The position numbers were made by a program, and so were the translations under genes. The notes beneath the pieces were generated by a model, which was not told the DNA's origin, made no database searches, and worked only from the letters and a program-made list of their open reading frames with translations. A DNA stretch of 64,000 bases from an uncultured Spirochaetota bacterium (GTDB lineage Bacteria; Spirochaetota; Spirochaetia; SZUA-6; Fen-1364), in assembly GCA_963845535.1 (NCBI GenBank), contig CAWJSK010000012.1, forward strand, positions 352,001-416,000, read 5' to 3'. Shown here one piece after another: positions 29,730 to 39,260 of this stretch (positions are counted from its first letter, which is position 1; each line of letters starts with the position of its first letter).

Positions 29730-30392
29730 TCAGGTAGGGCCACCCGGCTTTGGCGGTTGGCTTTTCGGCATGGTCCCGAACACGTAATCCCAGACCGGCG
29801 AGCTGACGCCAAAGCGCATGGTGGGACAGGTCCCGTGGTGCTGCATGTGCTGGCGCCTGCACATCAGGATGTACGCGTTGCGGGCGCGGGCGTGATGGAG
29901 CGTGTAATGCATCATGTCATAGACGATATAGCCAATCACGAAACCCGCGAAGACGGGTGAGAACCACGCGGGCCTGCCCACCACAACGTCGAACACGAGG
30001 TGGAAAAACCCGAAGAAAATGATTGCCAGCGGAACGCTCATGACGGGAGGCATGACGAGCCGCGTCTGGCACAAGGGCTGCGCGTGATGGACGCCGTGGG
30101 TGAGGAAAAACAGGCGCTTGAACCTCTCCGTCCTGGCATGATAGTGGAAAAAAAACCTGTGCAGGAAATACTCCGCAAGCGTCCAGATGAACCAGCCCGC
30201 CAGAATCCCCAGAGCGGCAAATGTCACGTCCAAGCTTCCCCGCGCGCGCGCAACGGAGTCATACGCGAAGAAGAGCGCAACGGGACACCACAGGACGAGC
30301 ACCGTGGCGGGCTTTACGTGGGAGAAGAACTCGAGAAAACTGGACTTGAAGAGCCTTATGGGCTCCACATCGTGCATCGGCTTACCATGCAT
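29730..30392 (-). CDS. Fatty-acid hydroxylase / sterol desaturase family (FA2H-like)
   Basis: EYFLHRFFFH, HGVHH, RLVMPP, YDMMHYTLHH, HMQHH and FGVSS.VWD.VFGT. Confidence 0.9.
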   Translation of the reverse strand: MHGKPMHDVEPIRLFKSSFLEFFSHVKPATVLVLWCPVALFFAYDSVARARGSLDVTFAALGILAGWFIWTLAEYFLHRFFFHYHARTERFKRLFFLTHGVHHAQPLCQTRLVMPPVMSVPLAIIFFGFFHLVFDVVVGRPAWFSPVFAGFVIGYIVYDMMHYTLHHARARNAYILMCRRQHMQHHGTCPTMRFGVSSPVWDYVFGTMPKSQPPKPGGPT

Positions 30393-30621
30393 AGGCTACC
30401 TACGTAGTAATGTCGCCAATCTTTCCTGCGGAATCAAGCAAGGCGCTCAGCACCCTCAAGAATCCGGAACTATCCTCACGAACCTGGCGAAAACGCGAAA
30501 AGTGGAAAACAACTTCCCACTTTCGACGTTTTCGATAGGGAGACAGGGGTTGCGCCGTCCCTGGACCAATTCGTGATCTTGCCGCCGCCCGTGAAACGGG
30601 CTACTGTGGCCAGGATTTCCG

Positions 30622-32136
30622 ATGAAAGCTAACTTTCGTGACCGCGACATCATCTCCATCACGGACTTCTCCCGTGAGGAGATCCTCCACCTCTGCGAGG
30701 CGGGCCGGCAGATGGCCGAGCTCGAGAAAACGGAGAAGCGCAACAGCCTTCGGGACGCGCTGAAATATCGGACACTCTCCTACATGTTCTACGAGCCAAG
30801 CACACGCACACGCACGAGCTTCAACACGGGCATGCGCGAGCTGGGCGGCCGCTACGACGGGTTCTCCGGCACCGAGGGGACCTCCGTCATGAAGAGTGAG
30901 ACCGTCAGAGATACGGTGACCATGATGTGCGCCAACCACAACGACGTGATCGTCATGCGCCATCCCCTGGACGGGTCTCTCCAATGGGCGGCTGACGTGG
31001 CAAACATTCCCGTGATCAACGGCGGGGACGGCAAGAACGAGCACCCCACGCAGGCGCTCCTCGACGTGCTCACGATCTACGCCCTTACCGGAGGAAGGCT
31101 GGACCGGATCCGCGTGGGGTTCGGCGGGGACCTCTCCCATGGCCGCACGGTCCGATCCCTGAGCCTTGCGCTCTCCCACTTCGAAGGGGTGACCATCCGC
31201 TGGGCCGCGGAGGATTTCCTCGGCATGCCGGAAGACCTTTCGCGTCTTCTCTCCTCCCGCGGGGTGCGCGTGGAGCGGGAGAAAAGCGTCCGCGACGTCA
31301 TGGCTCAGGTAGACTTCTACTATATGACGCGGCCGCAGCTTGAGCGGATGCCGGGGGTCACACAGAAAGACATCGTGGGGATGATGAAGCAGTACAGGAT
31401 AGATGCGGAGAAGGTCCACGGCTTCGACGTGCGGGTCCTTCACCCGCTCCCCGTAAACAGCGAGATCGCAGAGATCGACTACCGCGTCTATTTCACCCCG
31501 GCGCAGGCTTTCTTTACGCAGGCGGAGTTCGGGGTGTTCCACCGCAAGGCGCTCCTGCACGAGATGCTGGGCCACGAGGGATATCATAAATACAGCGGGC
31601 GGCTGCCGGCGGAGCTCGGCGTGGGCAACAACAGGCTGCCCCGAAGGATCCGGGGGGACAAACACACCGCCATGTTCATCGACAAGATCCATGACGGCAC
31701 CGTCATTGATCACCTTGCCGCCGGGTCCCTGCGTGCGGTCTCCGACGCCCTGGACCTGGAAAACCGAGGTTACTCCTGCACCACGGCGACCATCCCGGAG
31801 AAAATGAACCCTTTCATCAAGACGAACCTTCCAGAGCCCAGCGAAAGGGACCTCAAGACCATCGCCCTGCTCTCCCCCGAGCCAACCATCGACTCAATTG
31901 CGGGCGGCAGGATTGCGGCGAAGTTCGTCTATCTGCTGTGCGCGAACACCAACTGCATCACGAGGGTGGTGAACGAAGACGTCCCGCCCCGGTTTTACCG
32001 CGACCATGACGCGGTCTGCTGCCGCTACTGCCGCAGGCATTACACCATCACGAGCCGCAAGGTGAGCGAAGATGAAAAGCGCTCCTGGATGGCGAGTCTG
32101 CCGGCCGGCCTGGAGCCCGTTGCCTACCCGGACTGA
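30622..32136 (+). CDS. pyrBI: Fused aspartate carbamoyltransferase catalytic-regulatory subunit
   Basis: FYEPSTRT, HPTQ and HPLP, followed in frame by PyrI-like GTVIDHL, CANTNCIT and CRYC. Confidence 0.9.
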   Translation: MKANFRDRDIISITDFSREEILHLCEAGRQMAELEKTEKRNSLRDALKYRTLSYMFYEPSTRTRTSFNTGMRELGGRYDGFSGTEGTSVMKSETVRDTVTMMCANHNDVIVMRHPLDGSLQWAADVANIPVINGGDGKNEHPTQALLDVLTIYALTGGRLDRIRVGFGGDLSHGRTVRSLSLALSHFEGVTIRWAAEDFLGMPEDLSRLLSSRGVRVEREKSVRDVMAQVDFYYMTRPQLERMPGVTQKDIVGMMKQYRIDAEKVHGFDVRVLHPLPVNSEIAEIDYRVYFTPAQAFFTQAEFGVFHRKALLHEMLGHEGYHKYSGRLPAELGVGNNRLPRRIRGDKHTAMFIDKIHDGTVIDHLAAGSLRAVSDALDLENRGYSCTTATIPEKMNPFIKTNLPEPSERDLKTIALLSPEPTIDSIAGGRIAAKFVYLLCANTNCITRVVNEDVPPRFYRDHDAVCCRYCRRHYTITSRKVSEDEKRSWMASLPAGLEPVAYPD

Positions 32137-32141
32137 CCCGC

Positions 32142-33193
32142 ATGATTGATCCTCACGTCCACCTGAGGGACTGGAACCAGAGCGCCAAAGAGACGCTCCG
32201 CCACGGCCTCGGCGTGGCCTGGCAGGCAGGGCTGGACGGCGTCTTCGAAATGCCAAACACCGATCCTCCCCTTACGACGCGTGAGGCCATAAGGCGGAGG
32301 ATTGCCGACGCGGACGCCGCGCTCGCGACGCTTGGCGTTCCGCTGTTCCACGGCCTGTACGCGGGACTCACGGCGGACCCCGCGCAGATCGCTCAGGCGG
32401 TGGCGGCCTGGCGCGAGCTTTTCCCGCGCGTGGTAGGGTTGAAGATGTACGCGGGACATTCCACGGGGGAGATGGGGATCATCGAGCGGGAAGCGCAGGC
32501 GGTGGTGTACGCCGAGCTCGTGAAGCTCGGATACACCGGAGTGCTGGCGGTGCACTGCGAAAAGCAGTCATTCCTGCGGCCGACGGACTGGGACCCGGCC
32601 AGGCCTGCAAGCCACGCGCGGGCAAGGCCGCCCTCCGCGGAAGTGGCGTCGGTTGACGACCAGAGGGAGCTCGCCCTGGCGGCCGGGTTTGCCGGGACGC
32701 TTCACGTGTCCCACATCTCAACCCCCTGGGCGCTCGACGTGCTGCGGGCAAAGCACGCGGGTGCGCCGCAGGCGCTTCGAGTCACCTGCGGCCTGACGCC
32801 GCACCATGCGCTCCTGGACTCAGGCATGATGGAAGGTCCGGACGGCCTGCTCCTCCTTACGAACCCGCCGCTTCGGCCGCCACCCATGCCGTCTCTCATG
32901 CTGGAGCGACTCTGTGACGGAGGCATCGACTGGATCGAGACGGACCACGCGCCGCATACGGCGCGAGGACAAGACGTCTGCGCTTCGCCTGCGGGCTGCC
33001 CGGGCTTCCCTACTATCCGCGGTTTGTCGCAGGCCTTGCCAAGGCCGGCGTCCCCGGGAAACGCATTGAAGAGGTCACGCATGACGCCATCTGCAGGGCG
33101 TTCGGGATCAGGATCGAGAACAGGCGCAGAACCGGGTCATCCGAGCTTGCCGGGGAGTACGAGTTCGATCCGTTTGCGAAGTTCAGCGGCTGA
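32142..33193 (+). CDS. pyrC: Dihydroorotase, frameshifted near 32960-32985
   Basis: DPHVHLR, EMPNT, VHCE, HIST, NPPLR and TDHAPH; the C-terminus (FACGLPGLPYYP...FDPFAKFSG*) lies in another frame ending at 33193. Confidence 0.85.
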
Positions 33194-33875
33194 AAGTGCT
33201 GAAAGAGCCCGACTCCGGCTCAGCGGCGGACCGTCCATTTCGAAGCCATCCCAGCGCCGCAACGGTCGAGGGAAAGACCCTCTCCACTCCCGCCGGCAGC
33301 GACTCCAGGGCGCTCGCTGAGACAGCAAGCACGTGAGTCCCGGCCGCCACGGCGGCAGTCATCCCGTTGATGGAATCCTCGATTGCCGTGCAATCCTTCG
33401 GGTGTTTTCCCAACAGCTCGGCTGCCAGAAAGTAGCAGTCCGGCGCCGGCTTTGCCCTGGGAACGTCATCACAGGTGACCACCGCTTCGAAGCGAACGGG
33501 CAGCCGCAGCTTGCGGAGCACCAGGTGCGCTTCCCGCCGGCTCCCCGAGGTGGCCACGGCAATGGGCACTCTGGCCGTCCTCCATCGGGCAAGCTCCTCG
33601 GTGAGCCCGGGAAACGGCGCAAGCCCCTTTCGGGCGAGCCGGCGGAACCTCCTGCGTTTGCGCCGCAGCATGCCCTCCACCGACTGGCGGAGGTGAAAAG
33701 CGGTGATGAGCCCCCGGGCAATCTCCACGCTCGACATGCCGATCCACTTCTCGCGCGCCCCCGCAACGACCTCCGACGGGATGCCTTGCAGAACGACGTC
33801 CCACGCATGGTCGTGGAGAGGTTCGGTGTCGGCAAGCGTGCCGTCCAGATCGAGGATGAGCGCCTGAGGAAGCAT
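33183..33875 (-). CDS. HAD-superfamily phosphatase (beta-PGM/CbbY-like)
   Basis: DLDGTLADT, ATS, KPAPD and IEDS. Confidence 0.9.
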   Translation of the reverse strand: MLPQALILDLDGTLADTEPLHDHAWDVVLQGIPSEVVAGAREKWIGMSSVEIARGLITAFHLRQSVEGMLRRKRRRFRRLARKGLAPFPGLTEELARWRTARVPIAVATSGSRREAHLVLRKLRLPVRFEAVVTCDDVPRAKPAPDCYFLAAELLGKHPKDCTAIEDSINGMTAAVAAGTHVLAVSASALESLPAGVERVFPSTVAALGWLRNGRSAAEPESGSFSTFSR

Positions 33876-33883
33876 GAGGGTTG

Positions 33884-34666
33884 TCAGCCGGCCACGATGA
33901 CTTCGATGCCGCTTTCCTCGAGACGCGCGCGGTCTTCGTCCCGCATGGAGTCGGTGACAATGGCGTCAATGCGGTCCGGAGGCGCGAAAAGGGCGAACGA
34001 GTTCCTGCCCATCTTGCTCGAGTCGAAGACGAGAATCACTTTTGCCGCGATGGACATCATGACTTTCTTTGTTTCGGCGTGATTGATGTCCGGCGTGCTG
34101 GCCCCTTTCTCCACCGAGAAGCTGTTCGAAGCCATGAAAGCCTTGTCCACGGTGAGGCCGGCAAACAAGTCGCGGCTGGAAAGGCCCCCCACCACGGTGC
34201 AGTGGAACTTCTTCCGCAGCATGCCGCCCATGAACACGATCTTGACCGTGTCGATGTCCTCCAGGACAAGGGCAATGGGAAGATCATTGGTGACCACGGT
34301 GATGTCCTGACGCTGGCCCAGGAGCCGGGCAATCTCCAGCGTGGTGGTGCCAGTGTCCAGGATGATGGTGTCCCCGTCCTCCACGAGGTGAAGGGCCGCT
34401 TCCGCGATGGCCCGCTTCTCCGCAAGGTGCTGCACCTTGCGCTGGTTCATGTCCTGCTCGAGGCCGGTCTTGGTCTTGACCATGGCCCCGCCGTGGGTCC
34501 TGATGAGAAGGCTGGCGCCCTCGAGGTCCCGAAGGTCGTTCCTGATGGTGGCGCTGGAGACTCTGAACGCATCACACAGCTCGGCAACGGTCGCCTTGCG
34601 GTGCTCTTCGATGAACTCCAGGATCTTCAGTTTTCTCTCTTCGACGAACATCGTTCCTTCGGGCAT
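33884..34666 (-). CDS. DeoR/GlpR transcriptional regulator
   Basis: VSSATIRNDL, RTHGGA, LDTGTT and DSSK. Confidence 0.94.
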   Translation of the reverse strand: MPEGTMFVEERKLKILEFIEEHRKATVAELCDAFRVSSATIRNDLRDLEGASLLIRTHGGAMVKTKTGLEQDMNQRKVQHLAEKRAIAEAALHLVEDGDTIILDTGTTTLEIARLLGQRQDITVVTNDLPIALVLEDIDTVKIVFMGGMLRKKFHCTVVGGLSSRDLFAGLTVDKAFMASNSFSVEKGASTPDINHAETKKVMMSIAAKVILVFDSSKMGRNSFALFAPPDRIDAIVTDSMRDEDRARLEESGIEVIVAG

Positions 34667-34752
34667 GGGGTCATTGGATCATGAGTCGCGGCCCGTGACA
34701 AGCGCGGGCATGCTCCCCGGCGGGCTTTCCTTGCCCTCGCGTCCTTTCCCCT

Positions 34753-35715
34753 CTACTCCTGGCCCTTCTCCTTTGCCGCAAGGCGGCACAACTCCTCGAA
34801 CACGGGGCCGTGGAAAGGGATGGGGCGATGGAATACCTCCGCGATGACGGAGAGCCAGCCATAGATGAAGTAGAGCCATCCCCCCCCGACTGTGAGGGAC
34901 CGCATCGCCGCCTGCTCCTTGGCCTGGCGAAGGAACAGCAGGTCGCCCCGATAGTTGAAGTCCCAGGCGTATCCGCCCATGGGAAAGCGCGCCGCGTCTG
35001 TAATGGGAGACCCCGGGGCATCCTTGCCAAGCCCTGTGGCGTTGACAACGAGAGAGCCCGTGGGAAGACCGGCGAGCACCGCGTCGTTGTCCTGCGGCCG
35101 CGGCGTATGCACGTAGCTCACCGGCAGGTCGACGCGTTCCTTCTCATGGATCTCCCTCATTTCGGAGAGGCGCGCCGGGCTGCGGTTGGAGACGAAGATT
35201 TTCGAAGGGCGGTTGCCGCCGTGGTCCCGACGCAGCAGGTAAGAGCACAGGGCGACGCTGGAGCCGCCCGCTCCCATGATGAACGCCTGCGCGCGGGTGG
35301 TCTCCCAGTGCCGCGCCGGGAGGAACTGCTCCAGCGCCAGCCCGCTGGAGATAGGGTCCTTGGCCGCGCCCAGGAGGCGCCCGTCCTGCTTGGAGATCGA
35401 ACTGACCTCCCCCATGAGGGAAGCGAAATGATCAAGCTCATCGAACATGTCCCGGGCCGCTCGAAGCAGGTCTATCTTGTGCGTCGTGACAAGAGCTCCC
35501 AGGGAACCAGGATCATCCTTGATGAACTTGACGACCTTACGGTAGCGTCCAGGCTCGTCGTGCAGCTTCAAGTCGATGCCCTTGATGCTGCAATCTCCAA
35601 GCTCCAGGTACTTGGCCCACGCCGGGAAGACCCTCATGATCATGGATTTCGTCGTCGTCACCCCAACGAAATACATGGTGGGCCTCTGTGCAGATTCGAG
35701 ATGAAGATCACTCAT
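34753..35715 (-). CDS. Shikimate-dehydrogenase-like oxidoreductase
   Basis: GALVTTHK, MGAGGS, NRS, VNATG and DFNY; fold-level similarity only. Confidence 0.75.
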   Translation of the reverse strand: MSDLHLESAQRPTMYFVGVTTTKSMIMRVFPAWAKYLELGDCSIKGIDLKLHDEPGRYRKVVKFIKDDPGSLGALVTTHKIDLLRAARDMFDELDHFASLMGEVSSISKQDGRLLGAAKDPISSGLALEQFLPARHWETTRAQAFIMGAGGSSVALCSYLLRRDHGGNRPSKIFVSNRSPARLSEMREIHEKERVDLPVSYVHTPRPQDNDAVLAGLPTGSLVVNATGLGKDAPGSPITDAARFPMGGYAWDFNYRGDLLFLRQAKEQAAMRSLTVGGGWLYFIYGWLSVIAEVFHRPIPFHGPVFEELCRLAAKEKGQE

Positions 35716-35779
35716 TTATTATTCCGTTTTCTCATTTTTAGCTTTTCCTGTCAATTGATAATTGTTTTATCGGCGTTCT

Positions 35780-35796
35780 CTAACAAATGCTAACAA
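35780..35796. promoter_or_regulatory. Candidate DeoR operator (direct repeat CTAACAA x2, 10-bp period)
   Basis: Lies in an AT-rich spacer upstream of the SDH-like/deoR/HAD genes, near TTGACA (minus strand, 35749-35754). Confidence 0.4.
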
Positions 35797-35824
35797 TTGC
35801 ATAAACTTGCCATGAACCGAGCGC

Positions 35825-37282
35825 TCAGGCTTCCCATCCGCCAAGAAGGCCCAAGAGGCTTTCCTGCCTTTCCGCCGCAACCCGAAGCGCTTCACGGCGG
35901 TCTTCCCGCGGCTGGATCACCTCTCCCAGGAGCGCGGGGACCGACTCAACGGCGGGGATCCTGCCAAGGGCTTCCAGGGCAAGGAGCGCGGCGCCGCGGC
36001 TGGAGGCTTCAGGGACTCGGGACAAGGTGAGCGGGCGCTCCAGGATGTCGGCTATGATCTGGGTCCACGCGCGGGAGTGCAAGAGCGCGCCGCCGGTGGC
36101 CACCGTCTGGCTCGCCGGCCCGACGGCTCCATCCAGCAGGCGCTGGATTGCGGCGAACCGAAATGCAACCGCCTCCATCCCTGCCTGCAGGATGTCCAGC
36201 GGCGTTGTCTCCAGGCTCATTCCAATCACCGCGGCGCGGGCTCGGGGGTTCCAACCCACGCTCCTTTCTCCCGCGAAGAAAGGCAACACCGTGAGGCCGT
36301 GCGAGGCCGGGGCTCGCTCCCAAAGCTCGGCGTCCATGCGGCCGAGGTCCTCGTCAAGGCGAAGCGTCTGACGCATCCACTCATGCAAGTTGCCGCCGTT
36401 TCCAAGCGCTCCGCCTATGATGAAACGGTTCTTGTCCACGTGGTAGCGCCACAGCCCGCGGGGCAGTGCGGGCTTGACCCCGGCCGGAAGCGGCGCCCTC
36501 ATGGCGCCCGAGGTCCCGATCATGAGCGCCGCGCGCCCGGGCGCAGCGCACCCGCATCCGACGTTGCTGCATGCCCCATCCCCCACCGCGGGAAACCACG
36601 GGATGCCGTCCAACGCAGGCCACCGGGTGCGAAAAGGCGGAGAGAGATGGGAAAGAGGAGCATCATCAATGGGAGACAACTTCCGGGCATTCACTCCAAC
36701 GTGCTCCAGGAGCTCAGCGTCCCAGCGGCAGAGATCCTGATCGAAAAGCCCCGTGCCGGACGCCATTGAGACGCCACATTTCCTGACGCCGAAAAGCTTC
36801 TGCTGGCAATACTCACCGATGGAGCACCACCAGTCCGCCGCGTCGAACAGGTCCGTCTCCAGCTCACGGAGCCGAAGGAGCCGCGCGGGGAAATAGCTGG
36901 GATGGAAGACGCAGCCCGTTCGGCCTCGAGTGCGGTCCTCATCCAGCCGAGCGGCAAGGCTGCGGGCTTGGCGCGCCGCCCGCGTGTCCGCCCACGTCGT
37001 GAGCGGCCCCAGGGCCCGTCCGTCCACTCCGACGGGCACCATGCTGTGCCAGAACGTGGACATGGCCACCGCATCGATCTTCCCGACCGCCTTCGCCACC
37101 GCCTCGTCCACACACTGGACCATGAGCTCCAAGAGGTGATCCGCGTCTGCTTCGCTTCCGCCGTCCGCTGTCGTGCGAAGCGCATGCTCGCGGGCAGCGG
37201 CCTGGCCCGGTATCACTGAGCCGTCGTCTGCAAAAAGTGCGGCGCGGATGGATGAGCTTCCCAAATCCAGGGACAGGACCAT
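35825..37282 (-). CDS. Gluconokinase-like FGGY carbohydrate kinase
   Basis: LDLGSSS, TWADTR, GDGACSNVG, IGTSGAMR and FAGERS. Confidence 0.88.
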   Translation of the reverse strand: MVLSLDLGSSSIRAALFADDGSVIPGQAAAREHALRTTADGGSEADADHLLELMVQCVDEAVAKAVGKIDAVAMSTFWHSMVPVGVDGRALGPLTTWADTRAARQARSLAARLDEDRTRGRTGCVFHPSYFPARLLRLRELETDLFDAADWWCSIGEYCQQKLFGVRKCGVSMASGTGLFDQDLCRWDAELLEHVGVNARKLSPIDDAPLSHLSPPFRTRWPALDGIPWFPAVGDGACSNVGCGCAAPGRAALMIGTSGAMRAPLPAGVKPALPRGLWRYHVDKNRFIIGGALGNGGNLHEWMRQTLRLDEDLGRMDAELWERAPASHGLTVLPFFAGERSVGWNPRARAAVIGMSLETTPLDILQAGMEAVAFRFAAIQRLLDGAVGPASQTVATGGALLHSRAWTQIIADILERPLTLSRVPEASSRGAALLALEALGRIPAVESVPALLGEVIQPREDRREALRVAAERQESLLGLLGGWEA

Positions 37283-37475
37283 GACACCTCCGAGATTGCC
37301 GTGAGTCTATCACGCGTCGGCTGCGTCCGTTCAAGAGACGCGCCTTCAAGAGCGCGCTCTCCAGACACGCGTCCTTCGCACCGCGCCGTCCTCCGCACCG
37401 CGCCCTCCGGGGGCACGCGCCCTCCGGGCTCTTGACCCCCATGGCAGGCAACACTATCCTTGTCGGGCTTCTGTC

Positions 37476-39260
37476 ATGACCGAAAAAACAACAATGCCAA
37501 CCGCCAACGACAAACCGCTCATCGTCCAGGGTGACAGGACCATCCTCATGGAAGTGGCGAGCCCCCGATATGCCGAGGCGCGTGACGCGCTGGTGGGCTT
37601 CGCTGAGCTGGTGAAGTCTCCGGAGCACGTGCACACGTACCGCATCACGCCGCTTTCCATCTGGAACGCCTGCGCCGCAGGGGAATCCCCATCTCAGATC
37701 GTGGACGCGCTCCGTTCGCTGTCGCGCTACCCTGTCCCAGATCACATCGTAACGGAGATCACGGACCTCGCGGGCCGGTTCGGAAGCATCACGCTGAAGC
37801 TGGGTCCCGGCGGCCTGGAGCTGCACTGCCGTGACGTGGGCCTGGCCACCCTCATAGCAGCGGACCGGCACACGGGCGTTCTGCTCGGGGACCGTCTTTC
37901 CCCTACGTCCTTTGCGCTGCCTCCCCAGTGCCGCGGACAGGTCAAGCTCGCCCTGATCAGGCTCGGATATCCGGTGGAAGACAGGGCCGGGTACTCGCAC
38001 GGGGAAAACTTCCCTATTGCGTTACGAGCCACAACGCTCGGCAAGGGCTCGCCATTTTCCGCCCGCCCCTACCAGCGGGAAGCCGCGGAAGCCTTCCACG
38101 CAGGAGGCTCGGAGCAGGGCGGTTCAGGAGTCATCGTTTTGCCGTGCGGGGCCGGAAAGACCATCGTCGGGATGCTGTGCATGAGCCTCCTGCAAACCTC
38201 CACCCTCGTCCTGACCACATGCGTCACCGCGGTCCGCCAGTGGATAGCGGAGCTTACCGACAAGACCGACATCGACCCTGAGCTGATCGGGGAATACACG
38301 GGCATGAAGAAAGAAGTGCGCCCCATCACAGTGGCCACCTACCAGATGCTCACCCACCGTGAGAGCGCCAAGTCCCGCGCAGCGCGCGTCCAGGCCTCGG
38401 ACGGCGTGGACATATCGCCTGAATCCCCCGAAGACTCCTTTCCCCACCTTGCCCTTTTTGGCCAGCGGGATTGGGGCCTTATCGTCTATGATGAAGTCCA
38501 CCTCCTGCCGGCCCCCGTGTTCCAGATCACAGCGTCCCTGCAAGCCCGGCGCAGGCTGGGGCTCACCGCCACGCTCGTGCGGGAGGACGGCAAGGAAGAT
38601 GACGTGTTCGCCTTGATCGGCCCGAAGAAGTACGACGTCCCGTGGAAGGAGATGGAGAAGCAGGGATGGATTGCCAAAGCGATCTGCACGGAGGTCCGCA
38701 TTCCGCTGCCCGAGCAGATGCGGATGAGCTATTCCCTGGCTGACGCGCGCACGAAGTTCCGCATGGCCTCCGAGAATCCCGCCAAGATCGACCATGTGCA
38801 GGCCATCCTTGCCGCCCATCCCGAGGAGCCGGCGCTCGTGATCGGGATGTACCTGGACCAGCTTGCCGCCGTGGCTGGGCCGTTGGGCCTGCCCGTCATC
38901 ACGGGGTCCACGCCGCAACGGGTCCGTGACAGGCTGTATGCGGACTTCAAGTCCGGGAAAATCCGGGTCCTGGCGGTTTCCAAAGTCGCGAACTTTGCCG
39001 TGGACCTTCCCGAAGCGAGCCTCGCCATCCAGGTGTCAGGCACCTTCGGCTCGCGCCAGGAGGAAGCGCAGCGTCTGGGCAGGATCCTCCGTCCGAAGGA
39101 GCTGTCCAACCAGGCCTACTTCTACTCGCTGGTCACCCGGGACACGGTGGAGCAGGACTTCGCGCTCAAACGTCAGCTCTTTCTTTGCGAACAAGGCTAC
39201 GGCTACCAGATCCGCATGGCTGACAGCCGGGGGCAGGCGGCCGGGAACATCCCCGCATGA
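37476..39260 (+). CDS. XPB/Rad25-like SF2 DNA helicase
   Basis: N-terminal LIVQGD...ELVKSPEHVHTYRIT, LPCGAGKT, DEVH, GLTAT and QRLGRILR. Confidence 0.94.
   Translation: MTEKTTMPTANDKPLIVQGDRTILMEVASPRYAEARDALVGFAELVKSPEHVHTYRITPLSIWNACAAGESPSQIVDALRSLSRYPVPDHIVTEITDLAGRFGSITLKLGPGGLELHCRDVGLATLIAADRHTGVLLGDRLSPTSFALPPQCRGQVKLALIRLGYPVEDRAGYSHGENFPIALRATTLGKGSPFSARPYQREAAEAFHAGGSEQGGSGVIVLPCGAGKTIVGMLCMSLLQTSTLVLTTCVTAVRQWIAELTDKTDIDPELIGEYTGMKKEVRPITVATYQMLTHRESAKSRAARVQASDGVDISPESPEDSFPHLALFGQRDWGLIVYDEVHLLPAPVFQITASLQARRRLGLTATLVREDGKEDDVFALIGPKKYDVPWKEMEKQGWIAKAICTEVRIPLPEQMRMSYSLADARTKFRMASENPAKIDHVQAILAAHPEEPALVIGMYLDQLAAVAGPLGLPVITGSTPQRVRDRLYADFKSGKIRVLAVSKVANFAVDLPEASLAIQVSGTFGSRQEEAQRLGRILRPKELSNQAYFYSLVTRDTVEQDFALKRQLFLCEQGYGYQIRMADSRGQAAGNIPA

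Noticed and set aside
32142..33320. 392-aa dihydroorotase as given in the ORF track
   Set aside because: The tail after TDHAPH is out of frame and overlaps the HAD gene; the plausible C-terminus ends at 33193
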